Origin: the human T2T-CHM13v2.0 reference genome, Homo sapiens
DNA length: 64,000 nucleotides
Reading direction: 5' to 3' (one strand)
NCBI RefSeq assembly: GCF_009914755.1
Contig: NC_060926.1
Positions 59,986 to 64,000 of this stretch are shown here, piece by piece; position 1 is the stretch's first letter; each line of letters opens with the position of its first letter. Below the pieces are notes generated by a model. It made no database searches. It worked only from the letters and a program-made list of their open reading frames with translations, and had not been told where the DNA came from. The position numbers were made by a program, and so were the translations under genes.

Positions 59986-61343
59986 TGGCAGTTTCTTACA
60001 AAACTAAATATTACTGTTAACATACAATCTAACAATCCTACTCCATGATATTTGCTCAAATGTGTTAAAAAGTGTGTCTACACAAAATCCTGCACATGGA
60101 GGTTTACAGCAGCTCTATTCATAATTGTCAAAACTCATAAATAATCAAGATGTCCTTAAATAGGTGCATGAGTAAATAATATCCAGAAAATGTAATATTA
60201 TTCATTGATAAAAAGAAATGAGCCATTAAGCCATAAAAAGATATAGAGAAATCTTAAGCATGTATCACTAGTTAATTCATGTGTTAAATTTATTTCTACA
60301 TAAATAGCTAAGTGGTATATATTGTTTATCCAGAGGTCATCAAACATTCTCATTATGTTCATCCCACATTACCCAGAGCACTTGACTCATCATAGGCTCC
60401 CTATATATATTTGTTGACTGAATGGATACATGTGTATAAAAAAATGCCATTACTCTCCTCTGAACCATGCCTTGAGGCATTTTAAATATTCCAAAAAGTA
60501 ACTACGAAAGTACCATAATAAATGTGACAATCATATTTAATGATAGCCAGAATAATTACTCTCATCACCTAAATAAAACACATGGCAGTAGAAGAAAAAT
60601 AGCCTTACTATGCAGGAGATCATTAGGGCATATGTATTGATGGAGTCATGGTGGCACATTGCTTATTTTGCAGACATAGTAGTTCGGCATGAGTTCATTT
60701 CTATGAAAAGTTAAAGCTCCACATTTTCTGCTGCATATTTATTTGCAACATTTTAATAATTCAAATGAAATATTATTCATGTTATTAGATTTTGAAAGAA
60801 TCAATGTTACCTATAAAATTTTTACTTGTCAATAAATAGTTACATCTATGACAGGTGGCAAACACACCTTTATCAGGACAGGCATTAAATTCTAGTGTCA
60901 GGCAAAGGAGAATGTAAGAAAATATCAGACAATGTGTCTATGGAAGCAAAGTGTTTATAGAAATCACTGGATAAGCGGTCTTTCATCCAAGTTTCACTCC
61001 AATTCAACCTTATATTAGCTTCTCAGGCCAACCAACAGCTGCTCAATCACATGGCTGTGTGATCACAGGTATTGGCTTTTAATTTCTGCAGGATAACTGT
61101 ATTTTGGTAAAAATAATATTTGAGCAATAGAATAAGCTACTCAGGGAAACTCTGAGAAAACAATAATTAGAAGGGTTGAGCTAAGGCAAATGTTCTTTGA
61201 TGGGAAGTTTGGGCAGAGGGAGAGAAGGTAAGCTTCTGTGTCAAGGAGATAACTGAAGAACACTAAATCAGTGCTTCGGAACAATTACCTCTCAGAACAG
61301 AATCCATTGCAGTGGACTGGTTAGTAAGTATTTTAAAGCCTGA

Positions 61344-61752
<409 letters not shown>

Positions 61753-61904
61753 TACTCTAAATATCTTTCAGAATTTTCTGAAAGAATATTAACTGTTTAA
61801 CATTTGTTCCCAATTCACCAGTTAAAAAATGTTATTTGTCTCTCTGACAAACTGACTCTTCCTCCACTGCTCCACCTCCTGAGATGGAACTTGGATGCCC
61901 CATG

Positions 61905-62170
61905 TCACTTGGATTAGTTAATGTAAGCTAGATTGCCCTAATAAATAGACCCAAAATGCAAATGGCTCAATTACAACAGTGATTTATTTATCACTCCTCT
62001 AACACTCAAAGGCTGGTGATCCTGGTGGGCCATTGATTCTCCTCCAGGCATTCAGGCCACTCTCATCCAATGGCTACACCACTTGTCCTCTGCATACAGC
62101 TAGCAGGAAGAACATCTAGGAAAGTCTCCTGATTTCTTACTATTCCCATCCCAGAGTGACTATTCCTTGA
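61905..62170 (-). mobile_element. Old MLT1 (J/K-like) LTR fragment
   Basis: TTAGTTAATGTAAGCTAG...AATAAATAGACCCAAAAT...ATGGCTCAATTACAACAG...TTTATTTATCACTC. Confidence 0.55.
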
Positions 62171-62449
62171 TACCCGAAGCAGAAAGTTGTCCTAGTTTAT
62201 GTTCTTCAAGAGTTGTGAGATTTTTTTAAAGAACTTCATTTTAATTGAAAATGTTAAAACTGTTATCTTTAGAAAACAAAACTCAATAACCACAATTTAA
62301 AAATTTCCACATATATGTACTGTTCTTAATAAATAAACAAAATATCTATGGGTTATGTGATGCTTTCATAATCATTCAAGACAAGCAGACCATAGCCTTT
62401 CTTTTAATTATGAAAGTTAAACAATTTTTGCATTTATACGTCTTCTCAC

Positions 62450-63190
62450 CTCCACTCAGTCCACCTATTGTTAGTATCACCCATGAATGTGGTACCTTTG
62501 TTACAACTGATGAACCAATATTGATATGTTATTATTAACTAAATACCATAGCTTACCTTGGCATTTACTCTTTGTGTTGTACAGCACTATGAGTTTTGAC
62601 AAATGGACAATGTCATTTATCCACTCTTAAAGTAACATACAGAGTAATTTCATGGCCTTAAAAACCCTCTGTGCTCTGCCTTTTCATCCCTCCCTTTTCC
62701 CCAATTCCTGACAACCACTAATCCTTTTACTGTCTCCATAGTTTTCTCTTTTCCGGTATGCCCTATAGTTGGAATAATACAGTATATATCCTTTTTAGAC
62801 TGGCTGCTTTTACTATAAAATATGTATTTACGTATCTTCCATGTCTTTTCACAGCTTGATAGCTCATTGTTTTGTTGTTGGTGATCTATATTCCACAGAA
62901 TGGAGGTAGCAGTTTGTTTGTTCATCTGCCTACTGAGGTATATTTGGTGACTTTCCATTTCTGACAATTATGAATAAAGCTACAATAAACATCCATGTGC
63001 AAGTTTTTGTGTGGACATAAATTTTTAACTCATTTGAGTTAATACCTAGGAGTTGATTGTTTTGAAAAGTGACTGTACCATTTTGTATTCCCACTAGCAA
63101 TGAATGAGAAGTCCTGTTGCTCCACATCTTTACCAGAATTTGATATTGTCTGTTTTCTTGGATTTTAGCTGTTGTAAAAAATGGTAGTAA
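62450..63190 (-). mobile_element. L1MC1/2-like 3' end
   Basis: GTGGTACCTTTGTTACAACTGATGAACCAATATTGATA, ATAAAGCTACAATAAACATCCATGTGC; ORF 62930-63127 gives ORF2-like ELKIYVHTKTCTWMFIVALF. Confidence 0.87.
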
Positions 63191-63191
63191 T

Positions 63192-64000
63192 TAAGGCTAC
63201 AGTTACCAAAGCAGCACAGCACTGGTACAAAAACAGACACATAAACCAATGGAAGAGATTAGAGAACTCAGAAATAAGACTGCACACCTACAGCCATCTG
63301 ACCTTCGAAAACCTGACACAAATAAGCCATGGAGAAAGGATTCCCTATGTAATAAATGGTGCTGGAAGAACTGGCTAGCAATATGCAGAAAAATGAAATT
63401 GGACCCCTTCTTCACACCTTATACAAAAATTAACTCAAGATGGATTAAAGACTTAAATGTAAAACCCCAAACCATAAAAACCCTAGAAGAAAATCTAGGC
63501 AATACCATTCACAACATAGGCATGAGCAAAGATTTCATGATGAAAATGCCAAAAGCAACTGCAACAAAAGCAAAAATTAACAAATGGGATCTAATTAAAC
63601 TAAAGAGCTTCTGCAAAAGAAACTATCATCAAAGTGAACAGACAACCTACAGAATGGGAGAAAATTTTTGCAATCTATTCATCTGGCAAAGGTCTAATAT
63701 CCAGAGTCTACAAGGAACTTAAATTTACAAGATAAAAACAAATAGCCCCATTAAAAAGTGAGCAAAGGACACGAACAGACACTTCTCAAGTCAAGAAACA
63801 ACAGGTGCGAGAAAGGTTGTGGAGAAAAAGGAATGCTTATACACTGTTCATGGGAGTGTAAATTTGTTCAACCATTGCAGAAGATAGTGTGGGGATTCCT
63901 CAAAGATCTAGAAGCAGAAATACCATTTAATCCAGTAATCTCATTACTGGGTATATACCCAAAGGAATATAAATCGTTCTATTATAAAGAAACATGCATA
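63192..64000 (+). mobile_element. L1PA ORF2 3' region, 5'-truncated and frameshifted, running off the window
   Basis: Peptide [55 protein letters not shown] is L1 ORF2p. Confidence 0.95.

Noticed and set aside
63249-63722. 157-aa ORF as a gene
   Set aside because: It is a frameshifted L1 ORF2 fragment in a truncated element

Overview
This is primate genomic DNA (AluY, THE1, MER41 and L1PA elements point to a simian, probably human-like catarrhine). It is AT-rich, dominated by nested transposable elements, and I can support no protein-coding gene, RNA gene or CRISPR array. The ORF-track entries are chance ORFs or repeat-derived; the one recognisable peptide is a decayed L1 ORF2 fragment at 63249-63722. 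Family names come from my recall of consensus sequences, not from a database search, so subfamily calls and the edges of old elements are approximate. I found no new coding system. The most unusual structure is a ~4.9 kb MER41 endogenous retrovirus (12427-17342) shaped like a processed RNA copy (R-U5-internal-U3-R-polyA with an L1-type target duplication). It also carries a second polyadenylated copy of its own 3' end inside its internal region. Other oddities are an L1 that keeps both ends but has lost both ORFs, a head-to-head L1 arrangement, a fold-back hairpin at an L1 deletion, two small tandem duplications and three candidate non-coding exons.
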